DNA of 64,000 nucleotides from Tubulanus polymorphus. Lineage: Eukaryota > Animalia > Nemertea. The notes under the pieces are model-generated. The model was not told the DNA's origin. It worked only from the letters and a program-made list of their open reading frames with translations, and did not search any database. Positions 38,772 through 51,281 of the stretch are shown here, piece by piece (position 1 is the first letter of the stretch; each line of letters begins with the position of its first letter). The stretch spans positions 14,502,950 through 14,566,949 of the forward strand of contig NC_134029.1 in assembly GCF_964204645.1 (NCBI RefSeq), written 5' to 3'. A program made the translations under genes and the position numbers.

Positions 38772-40411
38772 TCATTTCGGATCCTCGATAATAAATCCTC
38801 AACTGAAAATCAATTTAACGAAAACACCGGGTGGAATTACTATTTCATAAACACATATATTTATTATGCAAATTGTAGCGATCGAAGATAGAACAATGGA
38901 GAACAATAGAAAAGCGGTCCTAGAAGACCGCTTTTGCTCGGTGCGCATGCGTCAATTATATAATTTATTCTGTAAACTACAACATTCAAACATTGAACTT
39001 TAACCAATCAATACAGAACAGCCGTCACCATCAACAACGACCGAACGACTTATGTACGCGCAAATGCAATTCCGGCATATATAATACAACATGATGAAAC
39101 AGCTTCAGTCTCTTGTGATGAAATATCCATAATTTCGGATTCCACATCCATCCATCTTCACCTTCTTGATTCAATGGTCTTCATTTTGTTATCTAAAAGA
39201 TATCTAGCGTAGAAAATAATTAACTTGAAGTTGAACCAGGTTTATGTTAAAATTTAACACGAGTCAAAACATAGCTTGTGAGTTTGGGAAGTGGCTTGTA
39301 TTTCACTTTATTACAGCTCGGAGTATTCCAAAGTCACAGAGCTGTTGTTAAATATATATCACAATACAAATAACCCCTTTCGGATGTCTTATACCCACGG
39401 CGTTGTTGTGAAAATGAATTACTGTACTTAAATATGTTTAAAGGTTTCCCTACTTCATAATAACTGCAAAAAACGGTACTTACATTTAGATTTAGAACTG
39501 TAAACTGTGTTTCGAGAGAGAATATCCTATGCGTTCTGTATATGTGAATGTTGATTTCTAACTGCCAACGCGGCGCACGTTCGACCATACTGATTATTTC
39601 TGTACGTTTGCCTGGATGGTAACAGGCGTTCTTTATGATGAAGTTAATTAATTCCTTTACAATTGAAAACAATCAAGCGACAGATGTTTTTGTAATCAAC
39701 TATATACATACAGGGCTCAAATAGAGTTGCCGGTTTTCTAACCACTGATTAAAACCTCAGAATGCGGTTGATTCTGCGAGCTACTATTCCATAATTCAAC
39801 AAATGTCTTTGCTTTATCTAATTGCTCCAAATATAACTGTAAATCTAGTTTGTTAGATTTAATTATATTTTCTTTCTTTTCAAGAGGCCTTAAATTTCTC
39901 GAGTTCCAGATTAGCTTCTGATTGTGTTCATCATTCATGTTGAATTTCGATACTGGTAAAACATGGTCTATTTGAAAGTATTCGCCATAGGCCTAATTAT
40001 TTATATTCATTTTAACGTCGATTTGATATACAATCCATGAGTTTTAGAATTCATCTAAACAACCCAACAAATTAGATAGTGTAACTGAATGCGCTTCTTT
40101 GTTGAATAATTGTGTTAATCTAGACCGTAAACATTGTTTCATTTTAAAATTAAGATCTGTTTTATATCTTTCTCTCATATATTCTGTCATATAATCATTA
40201 TAATGTTCTCTATTATCTGCCCGATATTGCTTAGTATATAGTTTAATACAAGTTTTGCAGCAATATTGAAAACCATCTTTGCTAATTTTACGCTGACTAA
40301 ATTCTGTTATAGCTAATTTATCTAATTCACATTTAGAACATTTCTTGTAGTATATATTTATATACAGTGTTATTTTGTAATATTGATAGTTTGTGATTGT
40401 TCTGGCTCCAT
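38772..40411 (-). pseudogene. Zn-ribbon + HNH nuclease gene, interrupted by ~1-kb insertion (~38810-39785)
   Basis: Homology to 6473-6757 plus 4-459; the insertion carries a Helitron-like hairpin AAAAGCGGTC..GACCGCTTTT at ~38910. Confidence 0.8.
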
Positions 40412-40458
40412 TTTAATATCAAATTTTTTATTAAAATTGATTTTATATGTTATTCATT

Positions 40459-40580
<122 letters not shown>

Positions 40581-41617
40581 TATATGAACATTTTAAGAGT
40601 AAATAGGAATAAGTTGTTATAGATTAAAGGTTGAGGGGTCGAATTCATAAAAATATCATTTTTTAGCCGTATGTTTCAAAGCACACTGTCTTCAGTTGTG
40701 GTACTTAGGTCTCCATCAGTTGTAAAGGGACTACCACCTCCACCACTGTTATGTCGGTTTTCTCAACCAGTGTTGTGTCCTCTGACTCTCCTCTATTGCT
40801 GTTCTAACTAATGCTGTACTGCTGGATCTTCCTTCTTTTCTCAAGCAGATATAAAGTGCTAACAAGAATCTCTTTTATGATGATCACACTCTGTTCTTTT
40901 ATTCTTCTTAGTGTTACATCTTGTTAGTCTTAGCACTCTCCTGTTCTTTTACTCCCCAGAACCAAAAACCTTAGACTTAAATACTAATCGGTACATTTTT
41001 CACATTTCTATAACATGACCTCACCCGCTTCTATATTTACCCTATTTGGTATGATCAATCCCAGCTACTTCCATTCTACTCCCTCCTGAACTACACTAAC
41101 CAACCTTAAAAGTCGTTGCATTTTAGATAGTTACTAATTGCTGTTTTTTCATTTCAACATACTCCCTCCTTGTAATCCGAACCATTTGCTTTCAGTGTGC
41201 GCACCAGCACACATCTAGTGTGCGCTATCGTGCACACTACACACACACTATCTTTTCCCATACCCATAAAAACCTATAACTATGGCTTCTACACTTCGTT
41301 CTCTCACCCATTATTCATTAATCGGCCCTTTCAAGTGGTATATGAGCGTGCGCAGATCATTCTCCCCGGGATTCGAACCCGATGGTATCGCTAAACTCAG
41401 CCACGGCACGGAACCTGCCACACGAGACCGCGTGCGCACGTTTAAGCCACTTTCATTATATTTCAGTATTTCATTTCATATTTTAGCAGGACCCGCGAAA
41501 GAATGGCCATTTCGTTTCGTACTTTAGCATTTCGTTTCATATTTCGTAATTCCGCTTCTTATTTTGTAATTTCGTTTCATATTTCGCAGTTTCGTACTTT
41601 AGCAGGACCCCTACGCC

Positions 41618-42400
41618 TTGCACAGCATCAAATACAGACAACTAACACAGGCAATTAAGACGATGTTTAACCACGCTCTAAAACCTACACACTGGAAACC
41701 ACTAATCAACTACAATCTGCAAAAATACCTAGGCCCAGGCTGGAATATTTCAAACATCATTCACAATGAAATACCAAAAAAAGTAATTACAAACGACTTC
41801 TACAGACATGTATTAAAATCATGGACAGCTTTTCAACAACATCTAGTTCCAACTGAGACCATAACCGAAATTTTGCAAAAACCTATAAGCTCAACAAGAA
41901 AATCAATTGCACAGAATACATACATCACAGTATAACCAATCTACGACATTTATTCGATAATCGTGGCAATTACAAAGTATTTGATGAAACTCCTTTAACA
42001 AATAGATTAAAACACACACGTATATACAATGCGATACCGCAACATTGAAAACTAATTCTATCAGACCAAAATTTAGATCCTCTAGTGAATTACCAAAAAT
42101 CTATGTGCAATTTGATGATATAGACTGTACTATAGGAAAACATTCATCATCTCAAATCTATTGAATTCTATTATTCAAAAATCTCCATCAAATCACACCG
42201 ATTGGGCAAACCAAAATTACTGAAATGTTAAACACTGATCTGAACTGACCGGAAACTTGGAATGAAGTTTATAATAAACATATTGATATAGACGATTAAG
42301 TGATACTCTTTGGAAATGACTACATAATGCTCTTGCAACAGCTTCAAAATTAGTATTTTGGAAAATGAAAACTGATCCAAATTGTAAAATTTGTGGACGC
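41618..42400 (+). pseudogene. Degenerate L1/Tx1-type LINE ORF2 C-terminal fragment (zf-RVT)
   Basis: FYRHVLKSW and LWK*LHNALAT..L..W...DPNCKICG motifs. Confidence 0.6.
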
Positions 42401-44184
42401 GCGGCTATAACCCAAGTTATTATAAAAATGGAGCTTCTGTCGCTTTGTATGTGGATGCTGTTCTCTCAAGTTTCACGTAATCGACAACGTGACCCGAAAA
42501 TAAGGTAGTGGCTAAGAACGGTGCTGCCATCTGTTAAGGAACCGCCTTTTCATGATCGTGCATCTACACGGATGAAAAGCCGGCTTTTTAAAAAACGGCT
42601 TCGTTGGGGTCTACTCGCGAGTAGGCCTAAACGGAGCCGCCTTTTTAAAAGGCGGCTCCGATAAAGGCTGCTTTTGGAAATTTAGTCCTCGTGTAGATTG
42701 GAAATGAAGGATTTTTCCTCTCGTGTAGATGGACCTTTAGTTACACTTACATACCCCGACTTTGACATTTGAGGTATGTTCTGCATAAGATCGAACCGGG
42801 ATGACGGTCTATCAATACGCATTAAAATGTCTGACCACTTAGGCTTTGGCTATCACCACATACGCATTAGTTTACTGTTTCTGATGTTTTGACTGTAAAC
42901 TCAGTCTCATTTCTGCGATAGCTGGAAAGCTGCCTCCTTTTTGACTTTAGGATAGCAAGCTCAGTCTATCTGCACGCAATGGTGACTGGAAAGTAACCTC
43001 TTGACGTCCGTCTCCTTAAAAACTAGCAAAAAACTAATCGTGACAATGTAAATAAAACCTGATCAAGACTGTATAGGCCTATACGTAAGTGTGGTTGGAA
43101 GATTGTTTGAATGAACCGGAACCGAATTTCCCAATTATGTACTTCGATTTGAATAAAAATTCTGTTAACTCGACCGCCGATCACACAACTATATCTATAC
43201 TTCGATTTCCGATTTCAAAATCAAACCCCCTGTTTCGTTTCCGGCAGGTGTGGTTGGTCTGTAAGGGACACTCAATCAAAAAATCAAACGAAATTTACCA
43301 TCCAAATAAAAAAAACTGGGACAATCCCTATTTTAAGATATAAAAAAAAGTTGTTCCCCAAACCCCTTGACCTCACGAATCGCTGGAGTCGTTACCAGCC
43401 GACCAGAATCAGGTCGGGATAAATCACGGCGCTTGTTACAAACCACATTGGACTTCTGTACGAATTCCAGTTAAATGGACCAATCAGCGAACGTCTAACC
43501 GAACAAGGAAGTATTTCGCACGTCGACACATGACGTCATGCGCAAAGTGCCAGTTCAGCCAAGCGAGTTCGGGGAGCGATACCGGACCCCTGGCAAGCGA
43601 GGATGCCTTGTAGCTGATTTTGGGAAACGCCTTGTTGGATAATGGTGGTTAAACGAGGGGACTCCTCAAAAACGTGTGAAATCGCTGTTTTGACACTAAA
43701 ACGAGGGGCACACCTCGCAAATTAGTGACATTAAAAAGAGGGTTTGTCAACGTGGATTTTTCCAATTCTGGATCCAATTCTCGAAGGGTCGAGCTCATAA
43801 AAAATGAAAAAATAAATTCTCGCACACTCGAATTTATTTGTTAACTTATACTTATTCCCTATTATTCTTAAAATATTCATATATATGAATAACATATAAA
43901 TGAATTTCATATATTTTCAAATCATTTATATGTTAATCATAAAAGTGTAAGTGAAGTGTGAGTAATAATACATATTTTAACAGATTTCGAATGAAAATAT
44001 AAGTAAAATAAATGGGTAATTAAAAGAATATAAAATTGTGAGTAAAGTGTGAGTGAAATAACTCATATTTTAGAAAAGTAACGAGTAATTAACGAGTTGA
44101 TTAAAATTAGATTTTTAAACATAAAATTGTGAGTAAAGTGTGATTGTAATAATTCATATTTTAACATTGAATATTTATATTTGA

Positions 44185-44850
44185 ATGAGTTTTAATGAAA
44201 GTTCTGTTATAAAAATGAAGACAGAAGAAGAACCTAAATTCAAAATCGAAATAAAAGAAACCAATAAATTATTTTCACAGTTTAACATTAAAAATTATAT
44301 GTCAGTAACAAATGTAGTGTCCGCAAGGTATTATAAAATTGATAACATTACTATGATTAATCAAATATCATCAAATGAAACATGTCTAATTACTGAACTA
44401 GTAGATACTTTTGATAATGGCGTTAAAAATCCTAAAATATTTAATACAGTTTTTAATTTTAAAGGAACTTTAGATGAAAACATAATAAATATTCTTAAAA
44501 CTCCTTTCAATGAAAGAAAAAGTGATATAATACTTTCTAAAGATTACGATGATTTGATTAATTTAAGAATTGAAAAAAGACAATTATATTATTTCAATTT
44601 TGATAATAAACAAATTATCTATAATGAAAATTCATCAAATATTGGAATTCAATGTGAATTAGATAATGAAAAATCATCCAAAGATGTTGCAGTTCAATGT
44701 AATTCAGATGATGAATTTAGAATATTCAATCCTAATGAAAAAGTGTATTGTTATTGCGGCGGCAAATATTTAAGATCACATAAATCAAAGCATTATCAAA
44801 CAGTTAAACATATCAATTATGAAAAGAATAATAAATATATATTGAAATAA
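44185..44850 (+). CDS. Hypothetical protein with C-terminal zinc finger (CYCGGKY..HKSKHYQTVKH)
   Basis: Intact 221-aa AT-rich ORF; the CxCG..Y....H..T.KH finger is common in Polintons/NCLDV. Confidence 0.7.
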   Translation: MSFNESSVIKMKTEEEPKFKIEIKETNKLFSQFNIKNYMSVTNVVSARYYKIDNITMINQISSNETCLITELVDTFDNGVKNPKIFNTVFNFKGTLDENIINILKTPFNERKSDIILSKDYDDLINLRIEKRQLYYFNFDNKQIIYNENSSNIGIQCELDNEKSSKDVAVQCNSDDEFRIFNPNEKVYCYCGGKYLRSHKSKHYQTVKHINYEKNNKYILK

Positions 44851-45016
44851 GATTAAGCTGTATGTTTCAAATATATAGTAGTTAAAGCATTGAGAAATTA
44901 GTTAATGAATAACTGTTAGGTAGTAAGTTTAATTGTTATTTGATTTGAAACATATAAAAGTTAAATATTTCTAAAATATTAAATATTTATCAATTTAATA
45001 ATTTTTTCTTAAATAA

Positions 45017-45515
45017 ATGTATGATTTCAACATACAAACCGGAAGTAGTGATTTGAAACATTATTTAGTAGCAGGAGGATTAATTTTGGCTGCGCTTTTC
45101 TGTTATTATGAGAATATTAGTAAGGATTTTTGTGAATGAAAATATAAAATTGAGCAAGAAATTAAAGAAGTTAAATAGAACAATCAAAGAAAAAATAACA
45201 GTAAAAATTTGATTTAAAAGAATTAGAGGATTAAAACAGCACCTTTTAATTTAATTTATTCTATATATTTTAACTATAAAAATGAGTGAAAATAAGGTAT
45301 TAGAAATATTACATCTGATATATAAAAATCAACAGAATATCAAATCAATATTATGATTTCAGGTTTATTTTCTTTCTTAATTTACTCATTAAAACAGTTG
45401 TTAGAATTCTATGATTGCTGTAAAATTAGATACACTGAATTAATAGAAAATATAAATCATCTATCAGATAGATTGAATAATATTAAGTGTTGTGAAATAT
45501 GCAATAAAAGATATA
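45017..45515 (+). pseudogene. Two small degenerate element ORFs (starts at 45017 and 45282)
   Basis: TAAATG/AAAATG starts, hydrophobic segments, internal stops; cut by the insertion at 45516. Confidence 0.4.
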
Positions 45516-47965
45516 AATATAGCTGCAGAGTAGCGATAACGGGTTTTCTGACATTATTTCAAACCATCAACGGTCGAATTGGAAGGCAACAGTTATATGA
45601 AAATGCGTCTTTTGGAGATATGCCAACAAATACCCTTAGCGCAGAGCAATCACTGGTTTTTTATAAGCGCAAAGAAAATGAGTTTAGTGTATACATGCTA
45701 ACAAATACCCTAAGCGACGTAGATGATTTATTGCGGCTTTACTTGTAATTAAGAGTTCAATAAAGTTATATTGTATTGATAGAGACTGACAATTAGTCTA
45801 GGTATATAATAGACTGAAGAGAGCGGTGTTGTCATATCGCGGAAAGACGGAATCGCGGAATTTTCCAAAAACGCGGAATTTCTTCATTCTTACTTTAAAT
45901 AGAAAACGGGTTTTCCCACGGGGATACCCACTGTCGGACAGGGCACCGGACCGATCGATGCAACGAGTTAGGTTCGAGTCCCATTATTTGCAGGCAATTT
46001 TATATGGAATTATTATATTACGATACCGTTGACTGGTTGCCACCTGTAGAAGAAGTCAGAATCAAGTGGGGTGAAAGAGACCAGGCACCTAATGTCTATT
46101 TCTACTGGGCAAACTTCGGTTATCGAAGTTCATCGACTTTTTGAGAACTTCAGAAACGAATATTATCAGATAAATATTGAGCACGTTCGCGGTGTCGGAC
46201 CGTAGTTGTAGATGGTTGCAAACATGAAATCCTACGACCAAACAAGAATCGGTTCAAATTCCTTCGTCAAATTCGTCCAGTACCGGTACCAATGAGATTC
46301 TTTTGATCCAAATAATCAGCATAGGAACATATATGTTATAGCAGTCACAAAGAAAACATTAAAAAAAACGAAACCATTTTATAATCTTTCATATCATTTA
46401 ATTCTAAAAGATAAACCACATTCGCTTATAACAACAATGTAGACACACAACACGCATGAACAATCCTAAGCCAGAATGAAATGTACATAATGTCTATTTA
46501 TTTTCGTCTGACATCGATCCAGTTCCACAGTTGTGAGTTAACTCTGAGTTACTTAGAATCAATTCATTTCCAATGTTTTAAATCCAGAGACCAGAGTCAA
46601 ATCTTAACTCGGAACTGAGTCCTGGAGAATGACCCATGGTGTCATCAAAAATCCTACGTTTACGTACCATCGATTTGTATTCCTTCAGTTAATGCAGCGA
46701 TACTCTGTATCACTGAATTCGCAAAGCACGTATTGCCTAGGTTCTACATTATTTGGAACAGTATCGTTAAGTTGTTGACTGGCGATATAATAAATTATCA
46801 AATACTAATTCCCGTGGTTGAAAACCTGGGTCCGATGCCCTGTCCGACAGTGGGTATCCCCGTGGGAAAACCCGTTTACTATTTATAGTTAAAATGAAGA
46901 AATTCCGCGTTTTTGGAAAATTCCGCGATTCCGTCTTTCCGCGATATGACAACACCGTGAGGAGAGAGCGGTAACCAGTCTAGGTATATATTACCTATTA
47001 TAAATATTAAATGATGGAAATAAAGATTATTGAAAAAGTTGAAAAGTAGTAATGAAAGAAGAATGGTCGATGGTATAAATGTAATTAGATTAAGATTATT
47101 AATGAGATTAGGAATACAAAGAAGTATTGCGAGAGGAGATCCGGCATCGCTGGCGTAGTTGGTACTCTGACGATTGAAAAACTCTAGTTGGGATAATAAA
47201 GGATGAAAGAAGATATCAGGTGTAAGAAGACAGAATAATTATGACGTGATGTTAAATATCGTAGAAGATGATGACCACCAATTGGAAACGGAAGGAACTA
47301 TATTCTTAGCGTACTGATATGAGTACCGAAGTGAAAGATCTATTTTAGAAGAGAGCGCTGCAAAGTTGGGTGTTCTTGGAGCCACCCTTTTTCATTGACT
47401 CAGAAAGGCGTCTCAAAAACGGTAACGCACTCGTACTCGCAAACAACAACCATTTATTACGATAGGCGGCACATAGTTGGCGAAAATATTAAAGCGACTA
47501 AATTTAGTAGTAGGTTTTAACGACTTATAGGCGCTTTGGGGTTTATTTGATGTTATTAATGAAATGTTATGATTGCATCAAATGACTTTCAACTTATAAA
47601 AACGGAGATTTTCCTTTTTTAAAAAATTAGAAAATACGGATATCCTCGAACCTGCGACCTTGCGCCTGACAAGACAACGCTATTCCAATGCGCCACGGAT
47701 TCTAACCGACATGAGAGGTGATGGGATATTACATATACCAGCTCTGTATCAAAATCAGGCTGGGTTCAGTTATTAAGCCGGATTTTAAGGTACGTCAAAC
47801 ATTTCAAAGGATTCTACCCAATGCTTTCAGAGCGCTTCATCTCCCTCGTCGTTTATTAGAGCATGTATTATTGATTAGTTGTCGGATCTGAGACGAGATA
47901 CATTTTATGTTCGAAAAAAGTGGAATAATATTAATAATAATAATAATAATCCACAGAATTCCAAG
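45516..47965 (-). mobile_element. Helentron-type non-autonomous insertion
   Basis: Same terminal motif as 7633/11662 at 45516; 47870-47965 is homologous to 24675-24768 including (AAT)n. Confidence 0.6.
45824..46957. mobile_element. MITE with ~125-bp TIRs and degenerate 9-bp TSD
   Basis: CGGTGTTGTCATATCGCGG.../...CCGCGATATGACAACACCG; flanks TGAAGAGAG / TGAGGAGAG. Confidence 0.8.
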
Positions 47966-48554
47966 AGAAATAAAAAATCATTAAGGAATCACATGTATAT
48001 TCATGAGCTTAACAATAAACTGTATAATTCAAATTAAGATATATAATATTTATATTAATAAATTAAATTAATCGAAGAGCACGGTTGAAAATTAGAAGAG
48101 ATGATAAATTTTTAATTAGATTTATAAAAAGTGATAGCACAAATAAAATTAAAATAAAGGTATATGATGAAAGTCAACATGCATTTATGGCAAAAAACCA
48201 TTAGCTAAATTGCTAGGAATTGCACCAGATGCTGTTACAGGAAACGTAGATGGTAATTCAAATTTAATGACTTTTACACACATTTATATTTATTGCAATT
48301 TAATCGATCCTACAAAAACATTCGAAGCAACTAAAGATATAACTTGTAATTCTGGTTTATTAAACATTTTACCATGGAAGAATGTTAAAAAATTTGGAAC
48401 GCAAATAAATAATAATTTAACAGAATGTGATTTCAAACCATGCATTCCTCAATTTAATAATTTTAGATTAGAAATTAGAAATTATAATGGATATTTAATT
48501 GATTTGAATAACTTTCCTGTGATATATGAATTAGTTATAAGATGTAGAGAGTAA
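47966..48554 (+). pseudogene. Penton / minor capsid protein, copy B (5' lost)
   Basis: The C-terminal half is highly similar to 25700-25992; the middle region is divergent. Confidence 0.75.
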
Positions 48555-48571
48555 TTTTTTTCACTATATAA

Positions 48572-48913
48572 ATGAATATAACTGTTGGACCGAGTATATG
48601 TTTTGGGTTTGATTTTAAACATGGTAAAGAAATGAGAATTAAACTAAATGATGTAATTACTGATATTAAAAGTAAATCATTTAATAATGTATCAATGATT
48701 AATAAAGAAAATTATAATATAGAAAAAGTAATTGATTTAATTATAACACCTTTAGAATATTGTGAATTAAATCAAGATGGAATTATCGATGATATTAAAG
48801 ATATATTACCTAAAATATATGATAATCATAAAAGTAGTAATGAAATAAATGTTGAAATAATTATAACTAAGTTAACTAAATATTTTGAAGATAGTAATTT
48901 TTTTGATAAATAA
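48572..48913 (+). CDS. Hypothetical 113-aa element protein
   Basis: Intact ORF with TAAATG start; paralog at 26007. Confidence 0.75.
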   Translation: MNITVGPSICFGFDFKHGKEMRIKLNDVITDIKSKSFNNVSMINKENYNIEKVIDLIITPLEYCELNQDGIIDDIKDILPKIYDNHKSSNEINVEIIITKLTKYFEDSNFFDK

Positions 48914-49135
48914 ATGAGTGATAATAAGTGGATAATAATTGGATTATATAATGGAGCATTATTATCAGTGGGAACTGTTGGTTATTCAATGGTATTAAAA
49001 AAAGTATTTAAAATGGGAAGTGTTAATGTTGATAGATTTGATATAAATGATATCTTAAAATCAACGTTAGCAGTAACTTTATCTAATTTAACTATTGATT
49101 ATTTGGAAAAACAAAAATATATTCCTCCTATATAA
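48914..49135 (+). CDS. Small hydrophobic element protein, 73 aa
   Basis: Paralog of 26346-26567. Confidence 0.8.
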   Translation: MSDNKWIIIGLYNGALLSVGTVGYSMVLKKVFKMGSVNVDRFDINDILKSTLAVTLSNLTIDYLEKQKYIPPI

Positions 49136-49158
49136 ATGCATATTTTTTTGCTAAATAA

Positions 49159-49531
49159 ATGGCATCTGCAATTATAACTATTATAGGATCGGCAATTGTT
49201 AACGCTTTAGCATTTACTGGTGGTGGTTATTTATTTAAGCATATTGATAAAAATGGTTGCAATTGGTTACAATTAGTTCTGTAATAACATTTCTAGCAAT
49301 ATTCTCACCATTAACACCTTTAGCTATATCAATTGGCGTGCTAGGATTATCATCAAGTGTTTGAACTGGTATAAGTTCAAAATTAAATATAAAAAGTAAT
49401 AAAGAAAAAATTAAAACATATATAAAAGAAATAAATAAATTAAAAAATACACTAAATTATATCATAAGTTTAAATGGTAATATAAAAATTGAAGAACAGG
49501 ATAAATTATTAAAAGAATTAATAAATTATTA
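49159..49531 (+). pseudogene. Deletion fusion of the MASAII.. gene N-terminus with the 3' half of the next gene
   Basis: Matches 26592-26688, then jumps to sequence homologous to 28355-28560. Confidence 0.6.
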
Positions 49532-49548
49532 ATTTTTTTATTATATAA

Positions 49549-50888
49549 ATGGGGTTTCCAAAAGCTTTCCAATATAATAAATCAATTAAATATAATATTC
49601 CTGCAATAGATTTTAATAAAAATATTACATATAAAAATTTGGTTTTAAATTCATTCACTAATTTAGATATTTATGCTACTGAAAGTATTAATTTTAATGT
49701 AAAGATGGAAAATATATTCAATGTTTACGTAATTAATTTTGAAAATTTAAATGAGGCAAAACAATGGTTATTAAAATCCAATATGAAATATTGGCAGAAC
49801 CAATTAAATTTTGCAGTTTATTGTGCAACAACAGGGTGTGGTATAAGTTGGAATGATCATTTAAATGAACCAAGTTTACCATTGATGTTATCACTTTTTA
49901 GATTTCATACATATTTTCAAATAAAATTAATATCAGATGAATTAGAATGTCCTTTACCAGGTTCAAAATACTTTAATGAACTAAATAATAATATTAATTT
50001 TTCTAAGTTTTATAAAATATGTAATGAATTTAATATTTATTCAAATAATGATTTTAGATCAGAAATTGGAACAATGGGTGGATTAGGAATATTATATACT
50101 AAAGAATTTGGAAAAATAATGACAAATACAGATATAAGAACACTAAATTGGAATGAATTACCAAAATATTATAATAATATACAACAACAAAATAATAATG
50201 GTTGGATTAATTTCATTTTAGAAAATAGTGAAGGTTTTACTAAAGCTGGAATACAAAGAATAAATCAATCAATTAGAACTTATTTGATATGTATTTTAGG
50301 TACGCAAGTTGAAACAAGATCACCAATAGTTGGAAATGATGCGCAGAAACAATTCAAAGTATTATTTGAAGATTCCATTCATAATGATAAAAATAGATCG
50401 ATTCCAGAAAATATAGTTAGGTACCAAAATTATTTAGAGAAATCACATATTAGATTAAATTATTGTATAGGCCCTAATCTATTAATTATTTCTAATGATT
50501 TAGTATTAAAGATGGGAAATATAATTGGCTCTAATAATCTAATTAAAACTGCAACCATAAATAATTCATTTGGATTAAATGATATAAATAAAAAGATTAT
50601 TACTGCTCCAAAATTAATGGAAGGTGAAAAAAATAAAAAACATATTCAATCAACAGAAACTAAAACTAAGAATATTAAATTAAATAATGATTCTAAAATA
50701 AAAGATTACAATACTATAGAAAATGGTGCCGTACGGCACCCACACGGTGATATAAAAACTGATAATATTCAACATGATATAATAAAAACTAATAATGATA
50801 ATAAATCCCATGAAAATGCTAAATTAGCTATAACTTGTAGGGCCTATAGGAATTGTAATTGGAGGAATATTATATTTTAGATTTTAAT
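49549..50888 (+). CDS. Conserved ~445-aa element protein (WQNQLNFAVYCATTGCG), C-terminal TM lost by a 7-bp insertion at ~50840
   Basis: 443-aa ORF; comparison with 29224-29964. Confidence 0.8.
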
Positions 50889-50902
50889 TCTTTATTATAT
50901 AA

Positions 50903-51281
50903 ATGGAAGAAGATATTCCAATGGATACTTCTGGTGACCCCTCTGGTATAAGCGATGAACCACAACAAGAATTTAATTAAACTAATTGATAATGATGATG
51001 GAGCAGCATATAATACTAATTCAGGTGAAGATGATTCTAGTGGGCCTATATTATATGATTATGATGAATTTAAATGTGATACTGAAACGCGCAAAAAATT
51101 TGAAGAATATATGACAGCTCACGAAAGGGGAGTTATTAAACCCAAAACATTTAGAAAAGATTTAATTGATAGATTAGAAAAAACAGAAAACCCTGAATTG
51201 AAAGAAGATTTATATTTAATGAAAAGTAGAGTAATAGATACAATTGTTAACGAATTATTACCAAAAGATGTAATAGATAAG
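50903..51281 (+). pseudogene. N-terminus of the large acidic protein, truncated at 51281
   Basis: MEEDIPMD..PGISDEP-like start; MKSRVIDTIVNELLPKDVIDKV shared with copy A. Confidence 0.75.

Larger units (their letters stand above)
43781..51281 (+). mobile_element. Polinton-like element copy B (left terminus to acidic gene; internally deleted, 3' truncated)
   Basis: Terminal palindrome core at 43810-43840, subterminal GTGAGTAAAGTGTGA repeats, and genes paralogous and syntenic with copy A. Confidence 0.85.

Noticed and set aside
45826-46955. Duplicated ORFs MLSYRGKTESRNF...
   Set aside because: Translations of the two TIRs of a MITE.
47040-47430. Possible minus-strand LINE endonuclease fragment
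   Set aside because: Only a weak DHS-like motif amid many stops; insufficient support.
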